A DNA stretch of 32,000 nucleotides from Pyrobaculum calidifontis JCM 11548 (GTDB taxonomy: Archaea; Thermoproteota; Thermoprotei; Thermoproteales; Thermoproteaceae). The stretch covers positions 1,860,001 to 1,892,000 of the forward strand of contig NC_009073.1 of NCBI RefSeq assembly GCF_000015805.1. Reading direction: 5' to 3'. A program made the position numbers and the translations under genes. A model generated the notes under the pieces. The model made no database searches, was not told the origin of the DNA, and saw nothing but the letters and a program-made list of their open reading frames with translations. Positions 9,535-16,726 of the stretch are shown piece by piece (the stretch's first letter is position 1; each line of letters begins with the position of its first letter).

Positions 9535-9663
9535 GCCCCCTCCCAGCACGCCGGTTTCCCGGGCCCTCGCGGAGCCCAGTACTCCCGAGCGCGGCGCCGG
9601 CCTTAACTTCCGGGTTCTGATGAGACCGGGTGTAGCACCGGCGCCTATGGCCGGGTTAGGGGC
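9535..9663 (-). rRNA. rrf: 5S ribosomal RNA (stand-alone)
   Basis: The minus strand reads GCCCCTAACCCGGCCATAGGCGCCGG...CCCGGTCTCATCAGAACCCGGAAGTTAAGGCCGGCGCCGCG..GGGAGTACTGGG..GCGAGGGCCCGGGAAACCGGCGTGCTGGGAGGGGGC. The conserved 5S loop/helix motifs (GAACCCGGAAGTTAAG, GGGAGTACTGGG, CCGGGAAAC) are present and the 5' and 3' ends pair as helix I. A TATA box lies about 25 nt upstream and a T-rich tract follows. The ends are good to about +/-5 nt. Confidence 0.9.
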
Positions 9664-9683
9664 AGTACCCCTAATTGCTCTAG

Positions 9684-9691
9684 TTTATAAA
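9684..9691 (-). promoter_or_regulatory. TATA box (TTTATAAA) of the 5S rRNA gene
   Basis: Centred about 25 nt upstream of the inferred 5S 5' end. It overlaps the last codons and stop (AGT TTA TAA) of the upstream PaREP1-family gene. Confidence 0.6.
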
Positions 9692-10245
9692 CTTTTCTGG
9701 CCGGGGGTGGTGCTCGGCGTCGTCGCGGTCTGCCTTTTCAGTGTTCCACAGACGTTGTCGTAGAGTTCGCCTAGGTGTTCTGAGAACGGCTGTAGGAGGG
9801 CGCAGATGAGGTGGGCCGCCGTCTTGTCGTCTGGTATGTCCGTTAAAAGGCCCTCTGGGTCTGGCCCGTTGTACTGGTAGCGGTGTAGTTGGAGGGCTAT
9901 GGCCGTGTTTTTCACCACCTCAACGCCGGCGAATTTGGCCAACTCGGCGGCGATCTTGAACATGACAGAGGTGGGGGCTAGGGCTATTACCACGTCCACA
10001 TCCTCCACCTCCTCTTCCCCTGCCCTTATCTTGCGGGAGCCGGGGTAGATGGGCTTTAGCTTGTCTCTGTGCTCGGCGGCTAAGGCGCCTAGGTAGGCCT
10101 TCCACGCCTGAAAGGCCTTGCCGGCGGCGTTGCGGACGAGACCATCTTCCAAAAACTCTAGAGAAAGCCTAGCCTCCACGAGGGCCTCCCTGAGCCTGGC
10201 CTGTCTATAGGACTCAATGTCTTTCCAGGTCTTGGTAGGAAACAC
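9685..10245 (-). CDS. PaREP1/PaREP8-family protein
   Basis: 186 aa. ..YRQARLREALVEARLSLEFLEDGLVRNAAGKAFQAWKAYLGALA.. and ..ALQLHRYQYNGPDPEG.. match my memory of the Pyrobaculum PaREP1/PaREP8 repetitive family. Confidence 0.7.
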   Translation of the reverse strand: MFPTKTWKDIESYRQARLREALVEARLSLEFLEDGLVRNAAGKAFQAWKAYLGALAAEHRDKLKPIYPGSRKIRAGEEEVEDVDVVIALAPTSVMFKIAAELAKFAGVEVVKNTAIALQLHRYQYNGPDPEGLLTDIPDDKTAAHLICALLQPFSEHLGELYDNVCGTLKRQTATTPSTTPGQKSL

Positions 10246-10297
10246 GTAGTGTTGCGCGGCAGGGGAATATAACTTTTCAGCGGGGCTTGGCTGTTGG

Positions 10298-10945
10298 CTA
10301 TGGCGCGTTGGCTACTTTTACCGTGTCTATGAACTGGACTTTCATTTCTACGTTCCACGCCGTGGAGGGGGCTCCCCTTTGTATGGAGAACTTTCCTTCG
10401 GCCGCCAATACGCCGTCGCAGTACACATAGACGTAGTAGTCTGTGGCGGGGGCTTGGCTGATTGAGACGGAGCCGTCGGAGTCTGTTGGGGAGAAGATGT
10501 ACAGCCACCTGCCCCTCGTCGCGGCGTCTACCACCTTGGCCACACAGCCGGCCACGGGCTTCCCCGCGCCGTCTCTGATGGCTACTGTCACTGGGTATAC
10601 CCACGTCCGGATTCCCCACTGGGGTGACCCCAGCTCGATCGTGTCGCGGGTTACCGCGCTGTCGTAGATCCACACGACGTTGCCCCCGAGGACTTCGTAC
10701 AGCGAGGCGAATCCCCAGGCCACGCGGAGCGTGTAGCCGGGGCCCCAGGGCAGTGGGTAGAGCAGGCGCCCCGAGGTTATGTAGGAGAGGCCCACCACCG
10801 CGCCTCTTCCATCGTACACGACTGCGGTGCCTTCGGAGAGGGGCCTGCCGTTCCAGTCGAGCACCATGGCCCAAGTCGCCGATGCGAGGAGGAGGACGGC
10901 GGCGAGGAGCCTCACGCCTTTCTTTGCGCGTGTATTTAAATTCAT
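10298..10945 (-). CDS. hypothetical secreted protein (signal peptide, beta-rich)
   Basis: It contains (M/V)RLLAAVLLLASATWA, a signal-like segment. The TATA at 10932-10942 lies inside the first codons of the track ORF, so the real start is probably the GTG at 10915 (about 205 aa). I recognise no family. Confidence 0.6.
   Translation of the reverse strand: MNLNTRAKKGVRLLAAVLLLASATWAMVLDWNGRPLSEGTAVVYDGRGAVVGLSYITSGRLLYPLPWGPGYTLRVAWGFASLYEVLGGNVVWIYDSAVTRDTIELGSPQWGIRTWVYPVTVAIRDGAGKPVAGCVAKVVDAATRGRWLYIFSPTDSDGSVSISQAPATDYYVYVYCDGVLAAEGKFSIQRGAPSTAWNVEMKVQFIDTVKVANAP
10932..10942. promoter_or_regulatory. shared palindromic TATA (GTATTTAAATT) for the divergent 10298-10915 and 10960-11880 genes
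   Basis: ATTTAAAT is centred 22-23 nt from GTG 10915 (minus strand) and GTG 10960 (plus strand). Confidence 0.55.
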
Positions 10946-10950
10946 GACGC

Positions 10951-11880
10951 TTGAGTCGTGTGAGAGTGGTGCTCTTCGGCGGGCTTGGCTTTATAGGTGC
11001 CAATGTGGTTGAGGCGTTGGCCGGCGAGGAGCTCTACGTGGCGCACCGCCCCTCTTCTCCGTCTAAGAGGCCTCTCATTGCCCAGTTCGTCTCTCGATAC
11101 GCCCAGCTCGTGGAGTACAGAGACCCAGCCGCCGTGATTGAGCGCGTGAGGCCCGACGTTGTGGTAAACTTGGTGGGGGAGTACTTCGGTGGGGTTGAAG
11201 AGCTTAGGGAGGCGAACGCGGAGTTTCCCAAGAGGCTGTGCGACGCCGCGAGGCGCGTGGGGTGGAGGGGGAAGGTGGTCCACTTCTCCGCGGCCACCGT
11301 GAGGGGGCCCGTGGGGGAGGTCATTGAGGAGGAGAGGCCCCACCTCTCTGGGATACGCCCAGTATCCCCCTTTGACCAGTTCAAGGCGGAGGGGGAGGCC
11401 GTGGTGGCCAACTGCTTCGACGACTGGGTCATTGTCAGGCCTACGCTGGTCTACGGGAGGTTCAACGACCACCCAGAGTGGGTCACTTTGACGAGGCTGG
11501 TCTCCAGAGGCATTGCGCCTGCCATATCGGCGGGGGTGTCCTCTATCTCTGCCAGAGAGTTGGCCAAGGCGGTCAAGCGCTCTCTCCACTTGTCGAGGGA
11601 GTACTTCTTTGCCACGGAGTGTCAGCCGAGGCCCCTCGCCGAGTTTGTAGACGCCATTGCCACGGCCCTGGGGAAGAGGGCTGTGAAAATCCCGGTGCCG
11701 GCCGCCCTCCTAAAGGTCGCCGCGCCAAGGGAGCTGAGGCCCCACCTGCCCTTCCTCGGCAAGAGGTTCAGTTGCGAGAAGATGAGGAGTCTCCTGGGCT
11801 TTGTCCCCGCGCCGGACTTCCAGCGGGAGGTGGCTGAAATGGTGCACTACATCGTGGGCGGGGGCCCCGGTGGGACATGA
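10951..11880 (+). CDS. NAD-dependent epimerase/dehydratase family protein
   Basis: Rossmann motif VVLFGGLGFIGANVV at the N-terminus, with SDR-extended length. The likely start is GTG 10960 (MRVVLFGG) rather than TTG 10951. Confidence 0.8.
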   Translation: MSRVRVVLFGGLGFIGANVVEALAGEELYVAHRPSSPSKRPLIAQFVSRYAQLVEYRDPAAVIERVRPDVVVNLVGEYFGGVEELREANAEFPKRLCDAARRVGWRGKVVHFSAATVRGPVGEVIEEERPHLSGIRPVSPFDQFKAEGEAVVANCFDDWVIVRPTLVYGRFNDHPEWVTLTRLVSRGIAPAISAGVSSISARELAKAVKRSLHLSREYFFATECQPRPLAEFVDAIATALGKRAVKIPVPAALLKVAAPRELRPHLPFLGKRFSCEKMRSLLGFVPAPDFQREVAEMVHYIVGGGPGGT

Positions 11881-12203
11881 TCGAGGTGGTGGCGTTTTTG
11901 CCCGTGGAATTCGGCGTGTGTAGGACATGCGACGAGATTGCCAACGTGTTCAAGATTAGGCTTAGGGAGTCGTTGGAGTTGCCGGACGACGCGGCGAGGC
12001 TTCTAGCGGCCTTGGCCAAGCTGGGCCCCGTCCCCGTGAGGGTCACGGCGCCGACCACGTTGAGGGGGCTTTGGCTAATGGTGAAGTACCGCACCGGCAA
12101 AATTCCGCTGGTCATCGTCAACGGCAGGTTAATTCACAGCGGGCCCGTGGACGACGTGGAGGGGCTAGTTGAGCGGATAGCGGCGGCGCTACGTGGCCCC
12201 TAG
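11877..12203 (+). CDS. small conserved hypothetical protein, possible thioredoxin-fold (CxxC)
   Basis: 108 aa. It has a CRTC motif near the N-terminus and a ..KIPLVIVNGRLIHSG.. segment reminiscent of glutaredoxin-like proteins. The ATG overlaps the epimerase stop (ATGA). Confidence 0.5.
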   Translation: MIEVVAFLPVEFGVCRTCDEIANVFKIRLRESLELPDDAARLLAALAKLGPVPVRVTAPTTLRGLWLMVKYRTGKIPLVIVNGRLIHSGPVDDVEGLVERIAAALRGP

Positions 12204-13061
12204 CAGAGACCTCAGCCTGCAGACTGTGCACACCTCCCCGCTGGTGGGCTCGCCGCAGATTTTGCACTTCTTCACCGGCTCCTCTTCGGCCGGGCGGAAC
12301 TTCGTGTTGAAGTCCACGACGCCGCGCATGAGCTTGAGGTCGAAGTCTGGGTCCCTCCTCCTGGCGGCCCGTAGCATCTCTACCACCTCGGCGTGCGCCG
12401 CGCCGCAGAGGCCGTATTCGCAACACACCTCGTTGACGGGGAGGCCCTTCGACTTGCAGTACGCCTCGTTTTCCTCCGGCCTTGCAAATATGAGGGGCCT
12501 AATCTTGGTGAGAAGCAGGCCCCGGCCCTCTACCTTGGGCAAAATTTTGAAGTTCCACTGGTGGTTCTGCCCGGCCAAGTTCTTGAAGTAGTAGGCCAAG
12601 AAGTCGTACATGTGGTGGCCCGTGGCCACCTTGGTGGCGCCGAGCTCCCTGGGCACCTTGTTCATTATGTAGCGCTTCACTGCGCCGCACACTGAGCATA
12701 TCGGCCTCCCGCTGGCCTTAGAGGCGGCGAGTATGTCCAAGTAGTCCTTGGCGTAGGCCACGTGGAGCTCGACGCCCAGGGCCTCCGCCTGCCTCTTCAC
12801 GATCTCCTCCAGCTTGGGGGAGTAGCCAAAGCCGAGGTTTATGTGGAGGGCCTTCACCTCGGCGTCTACTCTATACTCCTCGACGTACTCCCTTAGAAGC
12901 GACAACGCGGCGCAGCTGTCCTTCCCGCCCGACACCGCAACGTAGATCACGTCCCCCATTTCCACAAGCCTATACCGGCGGATAGTCTCAAAGACCCGCC
13001 GCCGGTACGACCCCAAGTCAACCCCCTGCTTAGTCACAGCGATGCGGATTTGCACAAGCAC
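12189..13061 (-). CDS. PP-loop ATP pyrophosphatase, TtuA/Ncs6-like tRNA 2-thiolation enzyme
   Basis: PP-loop VAVSGGKDS, central PICSVCGAVKR and ATGHH motifs, and a C-terminal zinc ribbon CKICGEPTSGEVCTVC. Confidence 0.7.
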   Translation of the reverse strand: MLVQIRIAVTKQGVDLGSYRRRVFETIRRYRLVEMGDVIYVAVSGGKDSCAALSLLREYVEEYRVDAEVKALHINLGFGYSPKLEEIVKRQAEALGVELHVAYAKDYLDILAASKASGRPICSVCGAVKRYIMNKVPRELGATKVATGHHMYDFLAYYFKNLAGQNHQWNFKILPKVEGRGLLLTKIRPLIFARPEENEAYCKSKGLPVNEVCCEYGLCGAAHAEVVEMLRAARRRDPDFDLKLMRGVVDFNTKFRPAEEEPVKKCKICGEPTSGEVCTVCRLRSLLGAT

Positions 13062-13073
13062 GGGGCCGTCTTC

Positions 13074-13084
13074 GATAAAAATAC
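13074..13084. promoter_or_regulatory. shared TATA (GATAAAAATAC) between the divergent PP-loop gene and the 13103 membrane-protein gene
   Basis: Centred about 24 nt upstream of ATG 13103 and 19-25 nt upstream of the GTG codons at 13061 and 13055. Confidence 0.5.
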
Positions 13085-13102
13085 TTTGCTCACTTATCTA
13101 CT

Positions 13103-13585
13103 ATGGACCCTGGCATCCGCAGGGGGCTTTGGGGCAGCGTCGTGGCGGCCGTTTTGATAGAGGCCGTGTTGATCCTCTCCCAGGCCTACGGCATTTTCCA
13201 CGCCGCGCCTCTGGCCCTCATGTCGGCGCTTGTGGCCGTGGCGGTGTACGTCTACTTCAACTTCACCAAGGCGCTGAGGAGCGCCGCCTTTACGGCTCTC
13301 GGCCCCCCGGTGATAGGCACAGCCGCAGTGGGAGTGGCGCTTATGTGGACCGGCGCCGGCGTGGGGGCGGCCCTAGTGGCCTTGGCGTACCTCGGGGAGC
13401 CTGTGATGGGCTACTTCGTGTACAAGAGGCTGAGGGAAATAAACGCCGCGTGGGCAACGCTCTTCCTCGCCTCAGCAGCCGCCTACGCCTACACCTTGCC
13501 CACGGTGCTCCTCGGCTACTGGCAGATACCCGCGGCCGCCGACGCGATAAAGCTCGCCGCCCTCATCTACTTCCTCAGGCGCTAG
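13103..13585 (+). CDS. hypothetical integral membrane protein (4-5 TM)
   Basis: 160 aa, almost entirely hydrophobic helices, with good TATA spacing. I recognise no family. Confidence 0.6.
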   Translation: MDPGIRRGLWGSVVAAVLIEAVLILSQAYGIFHAAPLALMSALVAVAVYVYFNFTKALRSAAFTALGPPVIGTAAVGVALMWTGAGVGAALVALAYLGEPVMGYFVYKRLREINAAWATLFLASAAAYAYTLPTVLLGYWQIPAAADAIKLAALIYFLRR

Positions 13586-14946
13586 GGCCTCGCCGCCTGT
13601 AGTTGTCTAACCTTTTCTATGTGCTTTGCGAGAGCCTCGGCGCTTGGCTCCACGTCTGGCAGAGCTCCCCGCAGGTATTCGTCGTATGCGGCTAGGTCTA
13701 GGAGGCCGTGGCCCGACATGTTGAAGAGTATTGTGATTGGCCTCCCCTCCCTCTTCGCGGCTAGGGCAAGCTCCACGGCGGCCTTCACCGCGTGGGCAGA
13801 CTCAGGCGCGGGAACCACGCCCTCGGTTCTGGCGAAGAGCACCGCCGCCTCGAAGACCTCCCTCTGGCCGTACGCCACGGCGCCTACCTCCCCCTCTGCC
13901 ACCAGGAGGGAGAGCGTTGGGGCACACCCGTGGTATCTAAGGCCCCCGGCGTGTATGGGAGGCGGCTTGTAGTCGTGGCCTATGGTGAACATCTTGATCA
14001 ACGGGGTCAAGCCCGCCGTGTCGCCGAAGTCGTAGAGGTACTCCCCCTTGGTCAACGTGGGCACGGCCTTGGGCTCCACGGCGAGGAACTTCACATCCTT
14101 CTCCGCCTTGCCCACCTTCTTCTCGTAGTAGAAAGGCCAGAAGAGGCCGGAGAAGGAGCTCCCACCGCCGCAGGCCCCCACCACGTAGTCCGGGTAGTCG
14201 TCGAACTGCCTAATCTGCTCCAGGGCCTCGAGGCCTATCACCGTCTGGTGTATCAGGACGTGGTTTAAGACGGAGCCTAGGACGTACTTTGCGCCGTTTT
14301 TGACCGCATCCTCCACGGCCTCGGATATGGCTATGCCCAGAGACCCTGGGTGGTTGGGGTCCTCTGAGAGGAACCTACGGCCGGCCTCGGTCCTGTCGCT
14401 GGGGCTCGGCACCACCTCGGCCCCCCAGAGCTCCATCAACACCCGCCTATACGGCTTCTGCAAATACGAGGCTCTGACCATGTAGACTGTGGCCTTTACG
14501 CCGAAGAGAGACGCGGCGAAGGCGACGGAGGAGCCCCACTGCCCGGCCCCAGTCTCCGTAGTCACTCTCCCCACGCCCTCCCTTGAGACGTAGTAGAGCT
14601 GGGCCACCGCCGTGTTGGGCTTGTGGGAGCCCGGCGGCGAGACGCCCTCGAACTTGTAGTAAATGCGCGCGGGGGTCTTCAAGGCCTCTTCAAGCCTCCT
14701 GGCCCTCACCAGAGGGGTGGGCCTCCATATCAGGTACACGTCTCTGACCTCCCGCGGTATCGATATCCACCTCTCCTGCGAAAACTCCTGCCTAACCAAC
14801 TCCCTGGCGAAGAGCATCTCGAAGTCCTTGGGCGCAACCGGCTCCCCATTCGGCTTTAGGTACGGAGGAAGCGGCTTGGGGAGGTCGGGCACTATGTTGT
14901 ACCACCGAGTGGGGACCATCCACTCCTCCGTCGACGACCTACGCAT
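13582..14946 (-). CDS. trpB2: tryptophan synthase beta chain-like protein, TrpB2 type
   Basis: [15 protein letters not shown] is the N-terminal extension typical of TrpB2. PLP-lysine context [11 protein letters not shown] and glycine loop [11 protein letters not shown] are present. The track ORF starts at 15036, but TATA spacing favours ATG 14946 ([17 protein letters not shown]). Confidence 0.85.
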   Translation of the reverse strand: MRRSSTEEWMVPTRWYNIVPDLPKPLPPYLKPNGEPVAPKDFEMLFARELVRQEFSQERWISIPREVRDVYLIWRPTPLVRARRLEEALKTPARIYYKFEGVSPPGSHKPNTAVAQLYYVSREGVGRVTTETGAGQWGSSVAFAASLFGVKATVYMVRASYLQKPYRRVLMELWGAEVVPSPSDRTEAGRRFLSEDPNHPGSLGIAISEAVEDAVKNGAKYVLGSVLNHVLIHQTVIGLEALEQIRQFDDYPDYVVGACGGGSSFSGLFWPFYYEKKVGKAEKDVKFLAVEPKAVPTLTKGEYLYDFGDTAGLTPLIKMFTIGHDYKPPPIHAGGLRYHGCAPTLSLLVAEGEVGAVAYGQREVFEAAVLFARTEGVVPAPESAHAVKAAVELALAAKREGRPITILFNMSGHGLLDLAAYDEYLRGALPDVEPSAEALAKHIEKVRQLQAARP

Positions 14947-14963
14947 GGCCGCTAGATGCATAA

Positions 14964-14973
14964 GGTATAAATA
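14964..14973. promoter_or_regulatory. shared TATA (GGTATAAATA) for divergent trpB2 and the 14993 operon
   Basis: Centred about 22 nt from ATG 14946 (minus strand) and about 25 nt from ATG 14993 (plus strand). Confidence 0.55.
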
Positions 14974-14992
14974 CGTTGGCTCAGTGGACTCT

Positions 14993-15514
14993 ATGAGCTT
15001 TAGGAAGACGCTCCTCGAGAGAATAGCCTCGTACATCCCCGGCTACGCTGGGTACAAAAAGAAGGAGGTCAGGCGGGAAACCGACGCCCTGGTGAGGAGG
15101 CACGTCGCCTCTATTCTGGCCCAAGCCGCCCAGTCCCTCGTCCTCTCGCCCGCAGATGCGCGGCTAGTGGCCGCAAACCCCGAGGCGAGGTACCTCTGGG
15201 ACTCCGTAAAGGCGGCGCTGGACAGAGTGACCCAGAGGATAGACAAGGCCCCCCACGGCTACTCCGGCTTCTTCGACTTAGTCAAGGTAGACGAGGCGGC
15301 CCTCGAGGAAGTGTACCGGCACGACCTCGCCTTGGTGGAATACGCCAAGAAGATCGCCGACGCCGCCGCCGCTGTCAAGTCGCTGAGGCCTGGGAGCGAG
15401 GAGTGGGCCAAGGCGCTGAGAGAGCTGTTGTCCCTCGTAGAGGCCCTCGACGCCGAGGTGGACAAGAGGGCCGCAATCCTAAAGGGCATAAGGGAGCCGC
15501 CCCAGCTTAAGTAG
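14993..15514 (+). CDS. hypothetical all-helical soluble protein (173 aa), upstream partner of the SPFH gene
   Basis: It is the in-frame internal ATG of the 14663-15514 track ORF. The upstream part of that ORF is antisense to trpB2. The sequence [37 protein letters not shown]... is rich in A/L/E/R/K with no TM segment. Its stop lies 5 nt before the next ATG. Confidence 0.6.
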   Translation: MSFRKTLLERIASYIPGYAGYKKKEVRRETDALVRRHVASILAQAAQSLVLSPADARLVAANPEARYLWDSVKAALDRVTQRIDKAPHGYSGFFDLVKVDEAALEEVYRHDLALVEYAKKIADAAAAVKSLRPGSEEWAKALRELLSLVEALDAEVDKRAAILKGIREPPQLK

Positions 15515-15519
15515 AGGCC

Positions 15520-16542
15520 ATGCCGCAGGTCATCCAGTGGGTCAACCCCAGGGAGGGGGACATCATCTGGCGGTACCCCGTGGATAGAATTGAGTGGGGG
15601 GCCCAGCTCATAGTCGAGGAGTGGCAGGCGGCGGTCTTCATGCGCGACGGCAAGGTGTACGACGTCTTTCGCGCGGGGCGCCACACGTTGACCACTCTCA
15701 ACCTGCCCCTCCTAACCCAGGCGTTGAGCAGAGTGGCTGGGTTCGACAAATCGCCTTTCACAGCCACAGTGATATTCGTCTCCCTAAAGCAACACCAGCT
15801 CCCGTTCGGAGGCCGGGGGCAGACCGCCGAGCTGGCCCCCATACAGTTCTACGGCACGGCGTGGTTTAGAGTGGCAGACCCAGCCCTCTTCGTCACCCAA
15901 GTGGTAGGCGGGCAGAACGTCTACACCACCGAGGACCTGCAGAAGTTCTTGAGGGGCTACTTCAACGAGCTCCTCATGGCCGAGCTCTCCAAGCAGTCCA
16001 TCTTCACAATATACGCCAACCTGGAACAAGCCAGCTTTGTGGCAAAGGCGGCCATAGACCCCCACTTCCGCCGCATAGGCCTAGAGCTCATCGACCTGAA
16101 ATTTGAAGGACTCGACGTCACAGACCCCGTGTGGAGAGACCGGCTGTTCTACATAAGAGCCACCGGCGTAAACCCAGCCGAGTACCTGCGCATGGAGACT
16201 GTCCAAAAAGCCGCCGCAGAGCTCGGCAAAAGCCCAGGCGCCGCCGCGGGCACAGGCATAGTCCTCATACCGCCCCTCCTATGGCCACAACAGACGGCCC
16301 AACAACCCGCAACCGCACAACCGGCGCCCCAGGCCACCCCACAGCAACAACCGCAAGTAGCCGTATCACAGGGCCAACAACAACAGGGCATTGTCTGCCC
16401 CCAGTGTGGATATGTAAACCCCCCTGGGGCTAAGTTCTGTATAAACTGCGGCTATATGCTGGGGAAGAAGTGCCCCCAGTGCGGCTACGTAAATCCGCCA
16501 GATGCCAAGTTCTGCGCTAACTGCGGCACGAGACTGACTTAG
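15520..16542 (+). CDS. SPFH/band-7 superfamily protein of the YdjI / COG4260 type with a C-terminal double zinc ribbon
   Basis: The N-terminal ..IQWVNPREGDIIWRYP...GAQLIVEEWQAAVFMRDGKVYDVFRAGRHTLTTLNLPLL....SPFTATVIFV.. matches my memory of YdjI-like ('virion core protein'-type) SPFH proteins. The C-terminus carries two CPQCGYVNPP(G/D)AKFC(I/A)NCG ribbons. Confidence 0.8.
   Translation: MPQVIQWVNPREGDIIWRYPVDRIEWGAQLIVEEWQAAVFMRDGKVYDVFRAGRHTLTTLNLPLLTQALSRVAGFDKSPFTATVIFVSLKQHQLPFGGRGQTAELAPIQFYGTAWFRVADPALFVTQVVGGQNVYTTEDLQKFLRGYFNELLMAELSKQSIFTIYANLEQASFVAKAAIDPHFRRIGLELIDLKFEGLDVTDPVWRDRLFYIRATGVNPAEYLRMETVQKAAAELGKSPGAAAGTGIVLIPPLLWPQQTAQQPATAQPAPQATPQQQPQVAVSQGQQQQGIVCPQCGYVNPPGAKFCINCGYMLGKKCPQCGYVNPPDAKFCANCGTRLT
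16396..16527 (+). repeat. tandem duplication (75-nt period) encoding two zinc-ribbon modules
   Basis: 16396-16452 (TGCCCCCAGTGTGGATATGTAAACCCCCCTGGGGCTAAGTTCTGTATAAACTGCGGC) versus 16471-16527 (TGCCCCCAGTGCGGCTACGTAAATCCGCCAGATGCCAAGTTCTGCGCTAACTGCGGC). Confidence 0.85.
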
Positions 16543-16726
16543 CTAGTTACGATAAGAGGTGGTACGACGGTGCTACGTGCAAAACCAGTCAGTCCCACCC
16601 CTATGGCGGTTCTCCCCTCACAGTGTCGTCCAACCACTGCGTCTATTGGCGCAATGCATACCTCTATAGCGACCAGCGGCATGGGTCTAGGCCCTGTGCT
16701 CTATGCCGATTAGAGGTGCATTCGCC

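Noticed and set aside
9334-9620. ORFs 9334-9549 (71 aa, minus) and 9426-9620 (64 aa, plus) next to or over the 5S rRNA
   Set aside because: Both overlap the 5S gene. They have no promoter spacing and no recognisable protein features. The CTGATGA seen at 9617-9623 is simply the antisense of the 5S sequence, not a C box.
10158-11589. Long ORFs 10158-11003 (281 aa, minus) and 10942-11589 (215 aa, minus), plus several 60-130-aa ORFs overlapping the secreted-protein and epimerase genes
   Set aside because: They are alternative-frame or antisense shadows of better-supported genes. Their products are extremely Arg/Pro/Gly-rich, which is typical of spurious ORFs in high-GC DNA, and they lack promoter spacing.
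13042-13602. 186-aa plus-strand ORF overlapping the 13103-13585 membrane-protein gene in another frame
   Set aside because: It gives an R/G-rich translation. The hydrophobic frame with correct TATA spacing is the plausible gene.
13619-14859. Several plus-strand ORFs (117, 67, 158, 61 and 78 aa) and the first 110 codons of ORF 14663-15514
   Set aside because: They are antisense to trpB2. The only credible part of 14663-15514 begins at ATG 14993, after the shared TATA box.
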